Of a stretch of DNA of 64,000 nucleotides, positions 1 to 13,561 are shown in pieces. The notes under the pieces were generated by a model, which was not told where the DNA came from, searched no databases, and saw only the letters and a program-made list of their open reading frames with translations. The DNA is from Vairimorpha necatrix. Lineage: Eukaryota. Every line of letters starts with the position of its first letter. The stretch's first letter is position 1. The stretch is from NCBI GenBank assembly GCA_036630325.1, contig CP142728.1:1240001-1304000 (forward strand). The letters are read 5' to 3'. Both the position numbers and the translations under genes were made by a program.

Positions 1-1997
1 TCGTTTCTTCGGCACTGCGCATTGTCAAGCATTCCAAAGTCATTTTGGAATCCTTGTCTGACTGTGATATAGTAAGGGCTTCTAGGCTTGGTCCATTGCA
101 AAAATGATGGTAGTTTGATTGAAATCATCCCATGTAATTAAAATTATCATTCCTGACTAAAATTTAAAGATTTACAATAATGTGTTTTATATATTCACCG
201 TTAAATACAAAAAAAATTCTAGCCCCTATACATATAAATATTTTAATGAAAACATATTTTAAACATATTAATTACTAAGAATTATCATCAATACAAAAAT
301 CTAAATCATATAATTTTAGACTAGATTGTTGATAATCTAATTCAATTTTTAGATAGTTTTTTAGGTGAAAAATACAAGTAAAATAAAAATCAGAAATATA
401 TAACAGTCGTAATGACATCAAGCCGAAAACCTCTTTATGATTCAGGTAAAGGCCGACATTTATTGATAAAAAGCATTCAAACACATTTCCATTTTTTTGT
501 CTATTTAGAAAACACTTGTGAATTTCGTTAAAGCGTTGTATTTCATACCTGTAAAAATTATATGGAAATTATAAATTAACACGTTGTTTATAAGAACAAG
601 TTAGCTCCATATGGCGCTTACCAGAGCAAAAGGTTGTGGTCAAGCAAACATTTTTTATCTTTAAAAACATGAGGGTTAAAGATACAAAGGATAAACTCGG
701 GCATTGTATAAGTTTTAGGTAAAATCATGTTGCTAGTCGCTATAACTCAAATTTTGAGATTAAATAAAAAACAAAGTATTAGAAGATAGTATAACTATAG
801 ATTAGAAAACCTTATATATAACTAAGACGATTGCATATCTTATGGGAGGATATTGGTATAAAAAATACTTGGCGAAGTAGTAAATAGGTATTTTTTATTT
901 TTACTAAAAAAATATAATCATTTATTATTTATAGCTATTTTCATTGTCGCATGTCTAAGTAAATTTTTATTTTGTTGGAATATAATATTTTTCGTGCATT
1001 AAGCTTAAAATTTTTGTACAGTATCATCTTTATATAAAAAAGCACGAAATTTTCGTTATATCAACCCGATAATGTGTAAAATTGGCAGCTAGCAAAAAAA
1101 CATTCTAGAAATCTTGTAAGGAATGAATGATACTAATGTTTTTGATTAACTTAGATTTTGATTGTGGCACACTTATGTGTATATGGTCAACTAATTAATC
1201 AAAAGATCAAGATCTTTGTACTGTAATGCTTTACCATGAAGGTATCAGCATACTTAGTTGAGATATTTCATACTAATCGGCAAAGTGTATGTATGGAAAG
1301 AGAAATATTAAGATTTAAATAATTTATGACCTAAACAATGTTTCGAAATACATATTTTATTTATGCTGAATGTTTCTAAATGCAATAAAGATATTTCTTT
1401 TAGAATTACAAAATTTACAACAAAAGCGATGTTTTTAGTATCGTTTGCATTGCTTATTTTTGAAAAATATTGAAGAAGTTGTTGATAAAAAGATGAGTTT
1501 TTAAAATTGATTTTGGAATTATAATAGTTGTATTTTTAACCATTTTAATAGTGTTAATGATACAATTTAGTTTATTTATATACATAATTTTTACTGTGTC
1601 TGAATGTAATATCGTCGAAAAATAATTATGCTATTACATTTAGGGACTTATGTTTATAAATGAATATATAAAATAATCTATTTTAATCCATTATTTTATT
1701 TTTCATACAAAAAAATTATAATTTTTTTAAGTATTTTTTCTATTTGTACTTATATTTTATCTTTTAATTTTGTGCACTAAATAAAAATTTTACGCCCTAA
1801 ACGATCTTTGATCTTTTTAGATCTGTAAATTTTATCATATCTTCGACGGGAAAAAAATCGAATAAAAAATATTAAGACATTGGCGTAAAGCATGTTTATC
1901 TGTTTATAAAAAAGCCTTATAAAACATTGATAAGCTGTAAACGTTAGTATCATATTTTAGGGATTCTTCTTTTTAAAATAATTTTTTTTACCCCTTA

Positions 1998-2951
1998 ATG
2001 TTTTTTTATTTTTTGTTAGCCGTGTGTTCTGACATCTTTATTAATAGTAACAAAGTAGTAGTTCCGGCACGTGAAAAACCGAAAGATAAAGATTTTTGTA
2101 GTGTAGATGATATTATCACACCAAGACACAGTAGTATTACGAAAGAAAACAATGATACCATGAAAATAAGATCTTATGATTCTTTAATCGCTTCTAATTC
2201 AAGATTTAATCCTTATAAAAAAATTTTTGCAACTTCTGAAAAAGCTTTTAATTATGACTCAACCGAACCACTTGACTTGTCGAATAAAAAAACAATAGAA
2301 AACGATGGTTTTGTTGCAAATCACAACGTAAAAATTGATCAAGATCGAAAAATTGATAAATATACTTGTCTTTTTAAAAATTATGAAAAATACATCCGCG
2401 AATGTGATGAAAGGGACACTTCAATGCAAAATTTCCTATTTAAGTTAAAATTTGAGGATGAAGATATACGTTTAGAGTATAACAAGTACCGAAGAAACAC
2501 AAATGATTGGATAAAAAAAAGTTTTTTTCCAATATTTGACATTGTATCTAATTTATCTCACGCAATAAATAATTTGAAAATTGATAAAAGATCAAAGGAA
2601 ATTTTATTGATACAAACCCGATATTTTCACAGTGTTATTGAGTATGCTTATGCGCTATTACCTCATCAAGAAAAAAGAAAACAAGCAAACTCCCATTTAC
2701 TATCTTGTTATAAACGTGTAGCAGAAAGATTTACAGTTTTATTTAGACAAATGAAATTACGAGAAGTATATAATGATTTGAGAAAGTTGTTTTTCGAATG
2801 TCTTGATGTAGAAGATCCTGTTTTGTCAGAAATAAAAAAATTGATGGTCGGTTTAGACGTATATCTTAATATTATATATAATGATCTTGATCAATTTATT
2901 GCGAGGATAAATAGGATGCTAATGATACTTTCAACTCTTAATAAAAAATAA
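1998..2951 (+). CDS. Secreted paralogue family member 1 (signal peptide, RFNPY, PLDLS, helical C-terminal domain)
   Basis: 317-aa ORF with CCCC just before the ATG. Hydrophobic N-terminus MFFYFLLAVCS; RFNPY at 2202-2216; PLDLS at 2268-2282. C-terminal blocks (KID..K..LL.Q, LLP, Y.R...R) are shared with five other ORFs in the window. Confidence 0.9.
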   Translation: MFFYFLLAVCSDIFINSNKVVVPAREKPKDKDFCSVDDIITPRHSSITKENNDTMKIRSYDSLIASNSRFNPYKKIFATSEKAFNYDSTEPLDLSNKKTIENDGFVANHNVKIDQDRKIDKYTCLFKNYEKYIRECDERDTSMQNFLFKLKFEDEDIRLEYNKYRRNTNDWIKKSFFPIFDIVSNLSHAINNLKIDKRSKEILLIQTRYFHSVIEYAYALLPHQEKRKQANSHLLSCYKRVAERFTVLFRQMKLREVYNDLRKLFFECLDVEDPVLSEIKKLMVGLDVYLNIIYNDLDQFIARINRMLMILSTLNKK

Positions 2952-3847
2952 TATTGTATAACTTTATATATTCGACATGTTTCGCAACTTATATATAGAT
3001 ATAAGATCAGCTGAAATTATAATTAGTATTTTACAATGTTTTAGATAATAACCTCATGTTTTATAAAAAACAATACAAGAGTACACTTTTTAAAAATATT
3101 TTTAAAACTTTTTTTTTTACATTAAAAAGTAATAAGAGCAAATAAAATGTTACTATCGGAACCAACAGACAAAATGGCACCTAATTTATATGAATGAACA
3201 ATTAGAATGATATTACAGAAAACGAGGAATTTATAAATTTTTTTACAAATAATCAATGATAATGTGGTTGATATAAAGCTATATGAAGAAATAATTAGGA
3301 ACTTTGGAAGAAACTATGAATAATAACGTTGCTATCTTACACAACATACAACCTAAGAAAAATTACTACAGGCAAACCAAATAACAAAAATATTGTGTGA
3401 CTTTATATTTAGAAATTTATTGTCTATAGTCAATATCAAAAATAAAACCCGATACCAATACGCTTGTAATTAGGTATACATTTACATATATGTTAGTAAA
3501 CTATATTTTACAAACATTTTTAACAGTGTTCTTATGCATTATTCGTATTAGATAATATTTTCTATTTGCAATAGTTTTTAGATATTGATTTTAATATTGA
3601 AGTTTTCTCATTTTAAAAATGAACATAAAAAATGCTAAGACGTTATTTAGAACCAAACATATAGAATTTTCCGAATTTTATGCAGAAAACATTCAGATAA
3701 ATTTCAAAAAAAACAAAAAAGCTATACTACAACAAAATAAATGTTCAAAGGCGGCAAAAGGTATTTTAAAAACAACTTATAAGACACGAAGAAGCTTTTT
3801 CTATGCGTTAGGATTTATCAATTTTAACGATCAATATTTTTCAATCC

Positions 3848-4825
3848 ATGTTTTTTTATTTTTTAACAGCATCGTGTTCTAGTATTTTAAATAACGACAA
3901 TAAGCTTATATCTCCTAGAAATGAATTATCAATGGATAAAAAACTTTATGTTATTAAAAACACCATCACACCAATATGTCATAAGCTCATGATAAAGAAA
4001 AATATGATATACAAAGGAAAAGTCTCTAGAATTGCGAGCACTAGCAATCTGAGATGCAATTCTGATATTAAAAACAAATTTACACAAGAAAAAACTCCCA
4101 ATTATGATTTAATTAAATCGCACAGCTCGTCGGCTGAATGTACTAAAAAAAAGAATGAAACATTATTAGGCAACAATGATAAGTATAATGAAGAGCAGCC
4201 AATTAACGAATATGTTAATTTACTTGAAAATTTAGAAAGTTTTATTTGTGAATGTAATGAAGAAGACATGCATACGAAAATCTCTCCATGTAAGTTAAAA
4301 TTTGCCGATAAAAATGAATTGAAGTTGTATAGAAAACTAAAACAAAGATCATTTCTTTGGATAAACAATTCAATTATTACAAAATCAGAATCTTTATCAA
4401 AATTAGATCATTTGATAAAAAAATCTAAAATAGATGAAAAAACAAAAAAAATATTATTATATCAATTGGATTTTTGCTATAATGTTATAATTTATATTAA
4501 TAGTACTCTTCCTTTGAAAGAAAAACATAAACATGTAAGTTTGAAGTTACTATCAAGTTATGGGCGTATTACAAAAAGATTTCCGATTTTGTTTTATAAA
4601 ATGAATTTACAGGAAGTTTTTAGTGATTTTCATTCATTGCTTTGTCGATGTTTATATGCTCAAGATTCGATCTGTCTTGAAATGGAAAATTTGGAAAAGG
4701 AATTGGATCATAGATTTTATATTACTTATAGGGGTCTTGATAAGTTTATCGGAAGAATCAATAATATGTCAAAAATACTTACAAATCTTACCGATAATAA
4801 TTGCAAAAAATATGAAAGAATGTAA
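3848..4825 (+). CDS. Secreted paralogue family member 2 (RxxPY and PLDLS motifs lost)
   Basis: 325-aa ORF starting MFFYFLTASCS, with the family core (SKIDEKTKKILLYQL, LPLKE, YGRITKRFPILFYKMNL). The motif positions read RCNSD and SHSSS. Confidence 0.9.
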   Translation: MFFYFLTASCSSILNNDNKLISPRNELSMDKKLYVIKNTITPICHKLMIKKNMIYKGKVSRIASTSNLRCNSDIKNKFTQEKTPNYDLIKSHSSSAECTKKKNETLLGNNDKYNEEQPINEYVNLLENLESFICECNEEDMHTKISPCKLKFADKNELKLYRKLKQRSFLWINNSIITKSESLSKLDHLIKKSKIDEKTKKILLYQLDFCYNVIIYINSTLPLKEKHKHVSLKLLSSYGRITKRFPILFYKMNLQEVFSDFHSLLCRCLYAQDSICLEMENLEKELDHRFYITYRGLDKFIGRINNMSKILTNLTDNNCKKYERM

Positions 4826-6145
4826 TTTTTTCTCTCTAGTGATATTTACATTGGATTAAAAAAATCTTTTCTATGTTGTGTTAGTAAAATTTAATTTTAA
4901 CCGAAACAATGAAGCTCATTGGGTTCTTATTAATTGTTATAAATATTTTAATATTCGCAAAAATTTATATTAAATCTAATGCAACTAAATAGTTCTTGGT
5001 TTGTTGGGGAAAAAAAATATCATAAGATATGTCATATTAATACCATTATATTGGATATTTTGTCCGTATATGTTTTCCTTGTTTAGATCTTGCTCTTTTA
5101 ATAGTAATTTGATTTAATTATATGTATTTTTCAATTACTCATCGCCCTCGAGATCGCTGGATTTTCTATGCTTTATAACATCTTTTTAAACCTTCTAAGT
5201 ATTATTGAACCTGGTTTATTTTTTTATTTTGTTACTATAAATAGAGTATTCCGTGCATGTAGTTTTTTATCGTAAAAAGTGTAATAAATAAAAAATTAAT
5301 CATACAACTTTTTTATTCTATTCTTTAAAATGATTAGAAATCTATAGGCGATAAAAATATTTTGGAATTAATATTCTGAAAAAATTTTATTGAAGAAAAT
5401 ACAACGGTCTAAACATAATCTAAAAATCAATAGCACATTGACATATTTATAATTAATCAAAGCTTTTCATTTGTTTATAATGATAAAAGTTGTAAATAAA
5501 AAAGTATTGAACCTCCTTAAAATTAGTTAAATGTACTTCATTTCAAATTTTTGTCTTAAACTAAAAAATCTTATTTTAAAACTAATTAAACAAAAAATTG
5601 GTCGCAAAATAATCCTTACATGGACGGCACAGAAATCAAATATTATATTAGCACAATTCGCCTAAAACCTGACAAATCGATTATTATATTCAACTCTGCT
5701 CTCAAAACAACTTCGAAGCTTTTTGAGTAATAAAATGATAGAATTATAAAATAACAAAAGCGACGAAGGAAGGTAAAATTACGTTTTCGCGGAAAATTCA
5801 GTAGGAGAAATTAACAATCTTGACTTACAAATATAAATAAAGTTAAAATGCACTTAAATTCCAAAGCCGAATACAAGGTTAGAAAAAGGATATATAAGAT
5901 GCCAGAGGAAGAACACTGAAGCGTTAGGAAAAAAAGATTTAAGCTGCAAGAATTCATAGATTCTAAATCTTTGAAAATAAAAACTCATAAATTTATTAGA
6001 GACTAAATTAATCCACCAAAGAAAATTTTATAAATATTTAAATACATATTTGTTAGCCTAAATATATGATGAAAAGATTTTGTATCGCACTTAATAAGCC
6101 GTTTATAGTAAAATATTTTGTGCCAAAGTTAACCGTTGATTGATA

Positions 6146-6525
6146 CCGGGGTTTCTAAGTTTAAGGATTTACCCATAGAAAAGATTATGGATCCTTAATA
6201 TGGGCGAATCTTATCTATTGATATCAAATATTTGAAATTTCTTTTAAATTTTTTTGAAAATTTTCCCCAATAAAAAAATCTTGACTTTAAAAGAAAAATT
6301 AAAAGGCTTAGAAAAAATGCGTAAAACAATGGAAACATAAGTATGACTGATCTCCAGCTGCAGATTACCAGGAAAAATTACAGGTTTTTAAGGGTTCATT
6401 TTTTAAATATTAAATTTTTTACCATTTGGCTGCGGGGTGGGTCTCTTGTACTTATATAAAAATTTCTTTTTCAAAAGTCGTAAAATTCGACTTTTAGGGA
6501 GGATCTCTTACCCAGGTTACCTCGG
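6146..6525 (+). mobile_element. Internally deleted, non-autonomous derivative of the pogo/Tigger-like element at 7405-8951
   Basis: Left part aligns by eye with 7405-7645 (e.g. aagtatgactg, gcagattac.aggaaaa). Right part aligns with ~8810-8951 (aagggttcatttttt, gtaaaattcgactttt). Begins TA-CCGGGGTTT; right TIR degraded. Confidence 0.8.
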
Positions 6526-7404
6526 AAATATTTTTAAAGTAAAGGAGTTTAGGGTAATGTACTTACTATGTGTAGTACAGCCCACCCTTTGTTGCATATG
6601 AAATGAAGTTCATACATATTTTATTCAAAGATTCGAACTCTTAAGCTTGAAAACTTTTTCATTTCCGTCATATATTCGGTTTCTTCTTCATTAATGTCTT
6701 TCAATGTGGAAAGTTTGTAGTAGAGCAATTTGTTGGCCGTACCCTCGTTTTGATTCTATAGATAATCCAAGTCTGTTTATCAAGAAAAATAGAATGCGCA
6801 ATCAAAAAAGCTTTGATTTCAGCTAACTGATATACTTTTAAAGAATGAAGCATTATCACCTTTCCGAATATTTAAATATGTTACTATTTTTGTATCGTTT
6901 TATGCTTAACCTGTTAATATAAAAAATTTCATATTTACTCTTACATTTGCACTATCGACTATAGTAGGTTTCTCTTAGGAATATTACATCTTCCATTTGA
7001 AAAATTAATCTTTCATGTTGTCGAACTGAAGAATATTAGACTTATTAGGTATATTTCTATATATGTAGAAATTATAGATAATTTTTGTCTTTCCCTTATT
7101 AAAAATAAGAGTATATTGTCTAATATTCTTTAAAACATTTACTTACATAATAATTAGCAAATTTAACTTTCTCGTTGTCCTTTAAACTAATCAAAACCTG
7201 AATTTTGAATACATCTACTGATATAGCATATATTGTATCATTATAAATTTACAAATGACACATTGTATCTCATTATAAATATAAAAAAAAGTTTATGTAA
7301 GCCTTAAATTGTAGAGGTTCATGACTTATCGCTTGAACTACAATAAAAAGAATTTATGATGCTGTAAACTCGGTATCTTGACTATAAACAAATTCGAAAT
7401 AGTA

Positions 7405-8951
7405 CCAGGGTTTTCAAGTTAAGAGATCCATCCATAATAGAGACCATGGATCTTTTATATGGGTGGATCTCTTCTATTGATGTAAAAATATTTGAAATTT
7501 CCTTTAAATTTTTTTTTTGAAAATTTACCCCCATGAAAAAAAGCGTACACTCTGATTGAAAAATTAAAAAGATTACAAAGATTGCGTGAAAACTTTTGGA
7601 ATTGAAGTATGACTGCTGTAGAGTTGCAGATTACTAGGAAAATGCTTTGTGATTGAAAAAGGCCGAAGTTGAAATGTTAGGCCAAAACAACTTTAAAAAT
7701 ACTGAAAGAATGCGTGCCGGTACTCTGCCAAATGGCCTCCTCTTGAAAAAATATTGGAGGATTGGGGGAAGGTAGAACGAAGGGAAAAAAACTTATCATC
7801 TCAACTTATAATATTAGAGATAAGGCTTTTGAAATGACAGAGAAGTTGTTCATTACGGATTTCAAGGCAAGTATGAGTTGGTTGATGGGGTTCAAAAGAA
7901 GAAATCATTTTTCATTTAGAAAAATAACATCTTTTGGACAGGAAGATAACAGAAGGCATCAGGAGATTAAAGAAACCGTGTTGAATTATTTTAAAGCCTT
8001 TAATGATAAATTTAACTGTATAGGCAGCCAAACAGTGGTGTATAATATGGATGAAACTCCGTTTTACTTTAATATGATGCAATCGCGGACATTATCATTT
8101 ACCGGTAAAAAAACACTGAGGTATATACAACTGGAAATATGAAGACTAAATTTTCCGTCGTTATTACTATTTCCTCAGAAGGTACTGTTTTAAGGGGAAT
8201 AATCATTTTAAAAGGCCTTAAAAACCGCCAAAATGCTTTCCACCAAATAATTTTTTTGTAGCACATCTGAATCAGGGAACATGTATTAAATTCTGATGTT
8301 ATTATGGATTCGAGCATGTTTAAACAAATATGGGCCACTTGAAAATAGAAAAAAAACTTCTTATTCTTAACACCTATAAATCTCATTATACTGAAGAGTA
8401 AGACATTTTTGCTAAAAATAACATTGAACCCGTTTTAATTCTTCCAAAAACTTGTCTTATTTATAACCAATAGAAGTTTTGATAAATTCTTCATTTTAGG
8501 CCGAATTCAAAAGAAAATGGCAGGAATGGCTTGCAAACAGGCCAAAGGAATATATAAATAAAGGTTATAGGCGTAGACCGAGATGGACTTATATTTTGAA
8601 TATAATAGCGGATGCATTGAAAAAAACTCTTGAAATGGCTCCTAAGGCTTTTGGATTGTGTGGAACAGATTCAATCTTTCTTGAAAACAATACTTTTAAT
8701 TAAAAAATAAACTTCAAGATAGTCTTAATTGTGCTGAAATTGAAGACGAAGGCCTAGACTGTGAAAATTTATTTGAAGATTTTAAAGAAATTTAAAAGTT
8801 TATTATAATAAAGGGTTCATTTTTTTAAATTAAACTTTTTACCGTTTGGCCGAGAGGTAAATCTCTATTACTAGTATTGTAATATTTTTAAAAAGCCGTA
8901 AAATTCGACTTTTTTTGGGGGGGGGGGATATCTCTAACCCGGAAACCCTGG
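7405..8951 (+). mobile_element. pogo/Tigger-like (Tc1/mariner superfamily) DNA transposon with pseudogenised transposase
   Basis: Imperfect TIRs CCAGGGTTT...AAACCCTGG, with TA on both sides (7403-4, 8952-3). CENP-B-type HTH (FKASMSWLMGFKRRNHFSFRKIT), DDE motif YNMDETP, and decayed LLILNTYKSH and L*PIEVLINSSF* motifs. Multiple stops and frameshifts. Confidence 0.88.
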
Positions 8952-11651
8952 TAGTTTTATTATTTTTGCTGTTAAAAAATACTTTTTATAATTTAAATGA
9001 AAATTTTAGATATCCCTTCTACAAAGCGTTATCTTACTCTAAGGTACTTATTCCTACCAAATGAGTATGTAATGCTAAACGCAATACCAAAACAATTTTT
9101 CCCGTGTGTCTTAGTTCTTCTTAAAACAATACAAGGTTGCATTTTAGAGAAACGTATCTTCACATCTCTTCCCAAGACAATTAGTTCTTCTAAAATCGCC
9201 GGCTGAATCGTATAGTCTTTTTATAGGTCCCTTATATTTGCATTGGTGCTTAGTCAAGTGTTGCCGGACCTTGTAATTATATGAGATCAATAGAATGTAA
9301 TTTTTTCAGTCCTGCAAAATGTTTGAAAAAAACCATGTAACATTTTTGTCTTGGTTCGCAATTAGTTATCTCCTTCAGTCTTGCACGGCTTTTATAACCA
9401 CGAGTACACGCTTCTTATAAGTCTTTATTTTGATATAAATAAGGCATCTTCGGCATTAAAGTACATTTCTTTCATAATGCTTCCTTATTTCAAAGTATCT
9501 TCACCATAGTTATTGCAGTTAGGCGACAGCTTACTTTAGTTCATAAATAACTCTATAACCAAACAGCTCTTTCAATTTGGTTTGTTTAGAATGCAATATA
9601 ATTTTAGTCTTGCATGCTGTTGGGATTAAAAAACGAAAGATTGTTTTATATAAATTTTTTCGAGTCCGAATAGAATTTTTATATAAATAATTCGTTATAA
9701 AACATTATAATTATGTTTATGTATTTTAAAGTCTATGCACTTCAAGAAATAAAGATATACATTAGCTTAAGCATTGATTGTAAAGCATAATCGTATGTAT
9801 AGTATCGCGACATACATTTGTTTTTTATTACAAAAACTTTTAGCTTAAGGTCTAAGTTATAGTGCAAAAGATTTAATGTTAAAAAAATATTTATGTTATA
9901 ATATTTGAGCTTATTTTATTTTATTATATCAATTGTTGATAGACATTATAGAATTAGCCTACATTAATTTAAATATTAATACCATCCATAGTCTTCAAAA
10001 AATCCAATAAAAAATAATAATTCTGTGTACTTTTATTTATTACAAAGGATATAGTTGCTAAAATGAGCTTATAAATTTTGTTTGGCGATTTCATATAAAT
10101 TAATTTATCATTTCAAAATTATAATATTTCTGTAATATTCTATCAAATTGAAAAGATATAACTATTGGTTTTAATATTTTATATTTTTTGACCTAACTAC
10201 AACGTTTTTTTTTTGATTTAGAGGTTTATTAATGTTTCAAATAAAACCGAACATTTCATAATTTTACATTAATGAGATATATATACACTTGCATAGTCAA
10301 ATAGAAAATCTGCTATGTATTTCATTTGAAGATACATAAAATGACTATACAGCCAGGCGACATTTCTAATTGTGCAATATTAGGAAAAAAATACATTTCA
10401 ATAAATCAAAATACCAAAGTAACGTTGTAGAGTACGTATTTAGTGGAAGGCTTCAATATTTAAAAAGGCGTCTTAAAGCTTAAAATGTTTATAGAAATTT
10501 TATTATTTAATAATAAAACAAATTGATGTGTTGTTGTAAAAAAAACAAGATTTTATAATTAAAGCCTAATTTACGATCACTCGTTAAATTTTTTTTGTTA
10601 TAGATAGACCAACGAGACATAGAAAATTATTATACCAAACACAAACTTTTAAATAACGTAGAGATTTAGATTTTGGGTTTAAACATGATAGATAAGATAT
10701 TATTTACATGTTTTTTATTCTAATAACCATGAAGCGGGGTTATTCTGAACTTGCATCAAAAATTCAGCAATGTAATACGACCAATTGATATATTTTAAGC
10801 ATTATTTCTAGTTCCCAAACTCATTCCCGCATTCTCGAAAATTCATGTCAGAATGAAATCAATTCATTTTATCATGAATAAATACTATAAACACCTTATG
10901 ATTTTAGTTAGGCCTCTCGTAGATACAAAGCATTTTCGGCCTTCGTTTAAATTACCTTAATTTACTGCGTAAGACCGAGAAAAGTAACAAAATTAGAAAT
11001 ATGTTCTAAAGTAGTAGCTAAAACTATGGCATGAATCTGCCAATTATAAAATTACAAAATTTTTTTTACAAAATTAGTCTAAAAACTTAATTTTATTTTT
11101 CAATAAAGATCTCGAAGAATTTACAGCTCAAAATTGGGCAATTTGCTGCTAAATATGACTTTATGACCAGATTACACTTCTTTTTTACTGTTTGGTTTGT
11201 GAAACAGGATACGATCTTAAAACTTTAAAACAATTTCAATTGGAAGTTCCACAGATTTTATTAACTATCCTGGCTAATTTTTTTGTATAAGACGATTATC
11301 CTTTCAACAATAATCATACTGCTTCCATATATTTATACATTTTGCATATAATAAGCTTGATATAAAACATTTTTTAATTTGTTAAAAAATAATTTAAAAG
11401 TGTCGTATTAATTTCTTATTCTCACAAGAAAAATATTTGTAATTTTCTTAGTCGTCGTAATATTATGAATTCATTTACGTAATACAGCTCATAATAGAAA
11501 ATATTATTGATGTATTACAGTCAGAGAAATAATTCAAATGTCCTGTCTAGAACTACAAGTTAAAAGAGACTTTTTGACATGAAATTTCTGTATATTCTAT
11601 GGTCGACGTTTTGATTAGATAAAATAATACAATAAAAATTTAGCCCATTTC

Positions 11652-12602
11652 ATGCTTTTATATTTTCTATCGGCCGTGTGTTCAGACATCCTTGGCAATC
11701 AATTAGAATTTGAAGCTCAAACAAGTGTAATTTCAACCGATAAAGAAGTTTACGGCGTAGGAAACACTATCACATCAATACGTCACAAACTTTTGATTAA
11801 AAAAAATATAATCAATAATGGGGATAAACAGGTTTTAAACCCCGCAATTAATTACAATCTAAGATTTCATCCTTACAAAAGCAATGAATTAATTTCGGAG
11901 CGTGTCTCCAATGTCGATTCAACCGAAGCATTAGATCTATCAATAAATTGTGCAAAAATTGAGACCAAATTATTCTCTAAAACAAATATAAATTTAAAGA
12001 AAGATTTTACAATTGAAGACTATCCGAGTTTATTAAATAATTTAAAAAAATATATCGATAAATGGGATTCTGAAGATCATAATACGGATAACCCATCGAA
12101 AAAACTGATAATTAAAGGTAAAGATTGTCATAAGTTGTATAGAACAACAAAAAAGAAATTATACAATTGGTTAAACAACCCTTCTATTATAATCAATGAT
12201 CTTGTATCGCGATTAGTAAAATTAATACTTGCTTCTAAAATAGAAGAAGAGCCAAAAAAATTATTAATTTGTCAATTAAAATTTTGTGACCAAGTCATGG
12301 TTTATGTTCAAAGACTATTACCCTTTAAAGAAAATCGCAAATCTTTAAGTTCTGAATTATTAGCATGTTATGTGCGGATAACTCAAAGGCTGCCAATTTT
12401 ATTCTATAAATTGAACTTATTAGAAGTATTTCTTAATTTTTTCAAATTAATTTCAGAGAGCAACAAAATCAAAGATCTTGCTCATCAGGAAATAGAAGAT
12501 TTAGTGGAGAGTTTGGATTATAGACTCTATATTACGTATAATGGTCTTGAAAATTTTATTGAAACGATCGATAGTATGGCCAAAATACTGGAAAAATTAT
12601 AA
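11652..12602 (+). CDS. Secreted paralogue family member 3 (RFHPY, ALDLS)
   Basis: 316-aa ORF starting MLLYFLSAVCS, CCC upstream. RFHPYK; ALDLS at 11928-11942; family C-terminal core. Confidence 0.9.
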   Translation: MLLYFLSAVCSDILGNQLEFEAQTSVISTDKEVYGVGNTITSIRHKLLIKKNIINNGDKQVLNPAINYNLRFHPYKSNELISERVSNVDSTEALDLSINCAKIETKLFSKTNINLKKDFTIEDYPSLLNNLKKYIDKWDSEDHNTDNPSKKLIIKGKDCHKLYRTTKKKLYNWLNNPSIIINDLVSRLVKLILASKIEEEPKKLLICQLKFCDQVMVYVQRLLPFKENRKSLSSELLACYVRITQRLPILFYKLNLLEVFLNFFKLISESNKIKDLAHQEIEDLVESLDYRLYITYNGLENFIETIDSMAKILEKL

Positions 12603-13561
12603 TAAAAATATTTAGTAATTATTTAAAAATCTACCAATTTATTTTGTCATATGTATTTTTTTTCATTTAATCAGGCATTTTCGATCTATAAATAAAAGGC
12701 AAGCAGAGGTTTTTTTAGAATCAACAGTTTACAGGCTTGTGATCATTTTAGAACTGACACTGTCAAAAAATTTTCTTTAAAATCACCTCCATTTCCCTTG
12801 GGAAAGGCTTGCTGCCAGAGATATTGGACATATTTTTATAAAGATTCGATTATTTTTAAAACCACGAATATTTAAAATAAGTTTATCAAGAATAATTAAA
12901 GAAGTTGATAGAATACTTGAGGAGAGACATCATAGTACTAACGCAATAGACTCCTATTATAATCTTTTTGCCCGTGTCAATATATGATAAACTATCCCCC
13001 AAATGTATCTTATGCGGTGTGTGGAACGTCGTTCTAGCAAAAGCTGCGCACAGTATTTTACAGAATAATTTATGATATGGACAGAAAAATTAATTCTTCA
13101 CTTAACATAGTCTCATAAGAAGTTCGTTTTTATATTTCTGCTCCAAGGTACCAGTAAATGGCCAAATACAATTCATATAATACTTCACGTGCTTTGATAA
13201 AGCATCAAAATTATTTTATTGCTTGCATTGATGGGAAGTCAACTAAATGTAAATTTTCAGAGCTAGACTTTTACAAATTTCATGGTATAATAATAAGATT
13301 GTCGACAACCTAACATTAAAAAAGAACCCGGCTAAGTGTAATGTCACTAGTTAGTATTGGTATGATGCTTCATCCGATAAAAAAAATGCAATCTTATTTT
13401 GCTAAAATCAGTGCTTGGATTTTTTCTGCGCATGTTTTGTATAAAGTAAAATTATGATAAATAAATTTTCCATGATTACTATATATTAAATAGTTCTTAG
13501 TATTAGCTCTATAAAGTTTTAATAAATCTATAAGGTTATTTACAATGACTTTAAATGTATT

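Noticed and set aside
1100..1300. Possible Merlin N-terminal relic (DCGTLM)
   Set aside because: The similarity is only a few residues; not supportable.
5590..7280. Possible pseudogene fragments on both sides of the short pogo derivative
   Set aside because: Coding-like composition but many stops and no motif I can assign.
9000..13400. GC-richer patches (about 9000-9630, 10700-11330, 12780-13380) resembling decayed transposons
   Set aside because: No diagnostic transposase motif, TIR or TSD identifiable by eye; needs TBLASTX.
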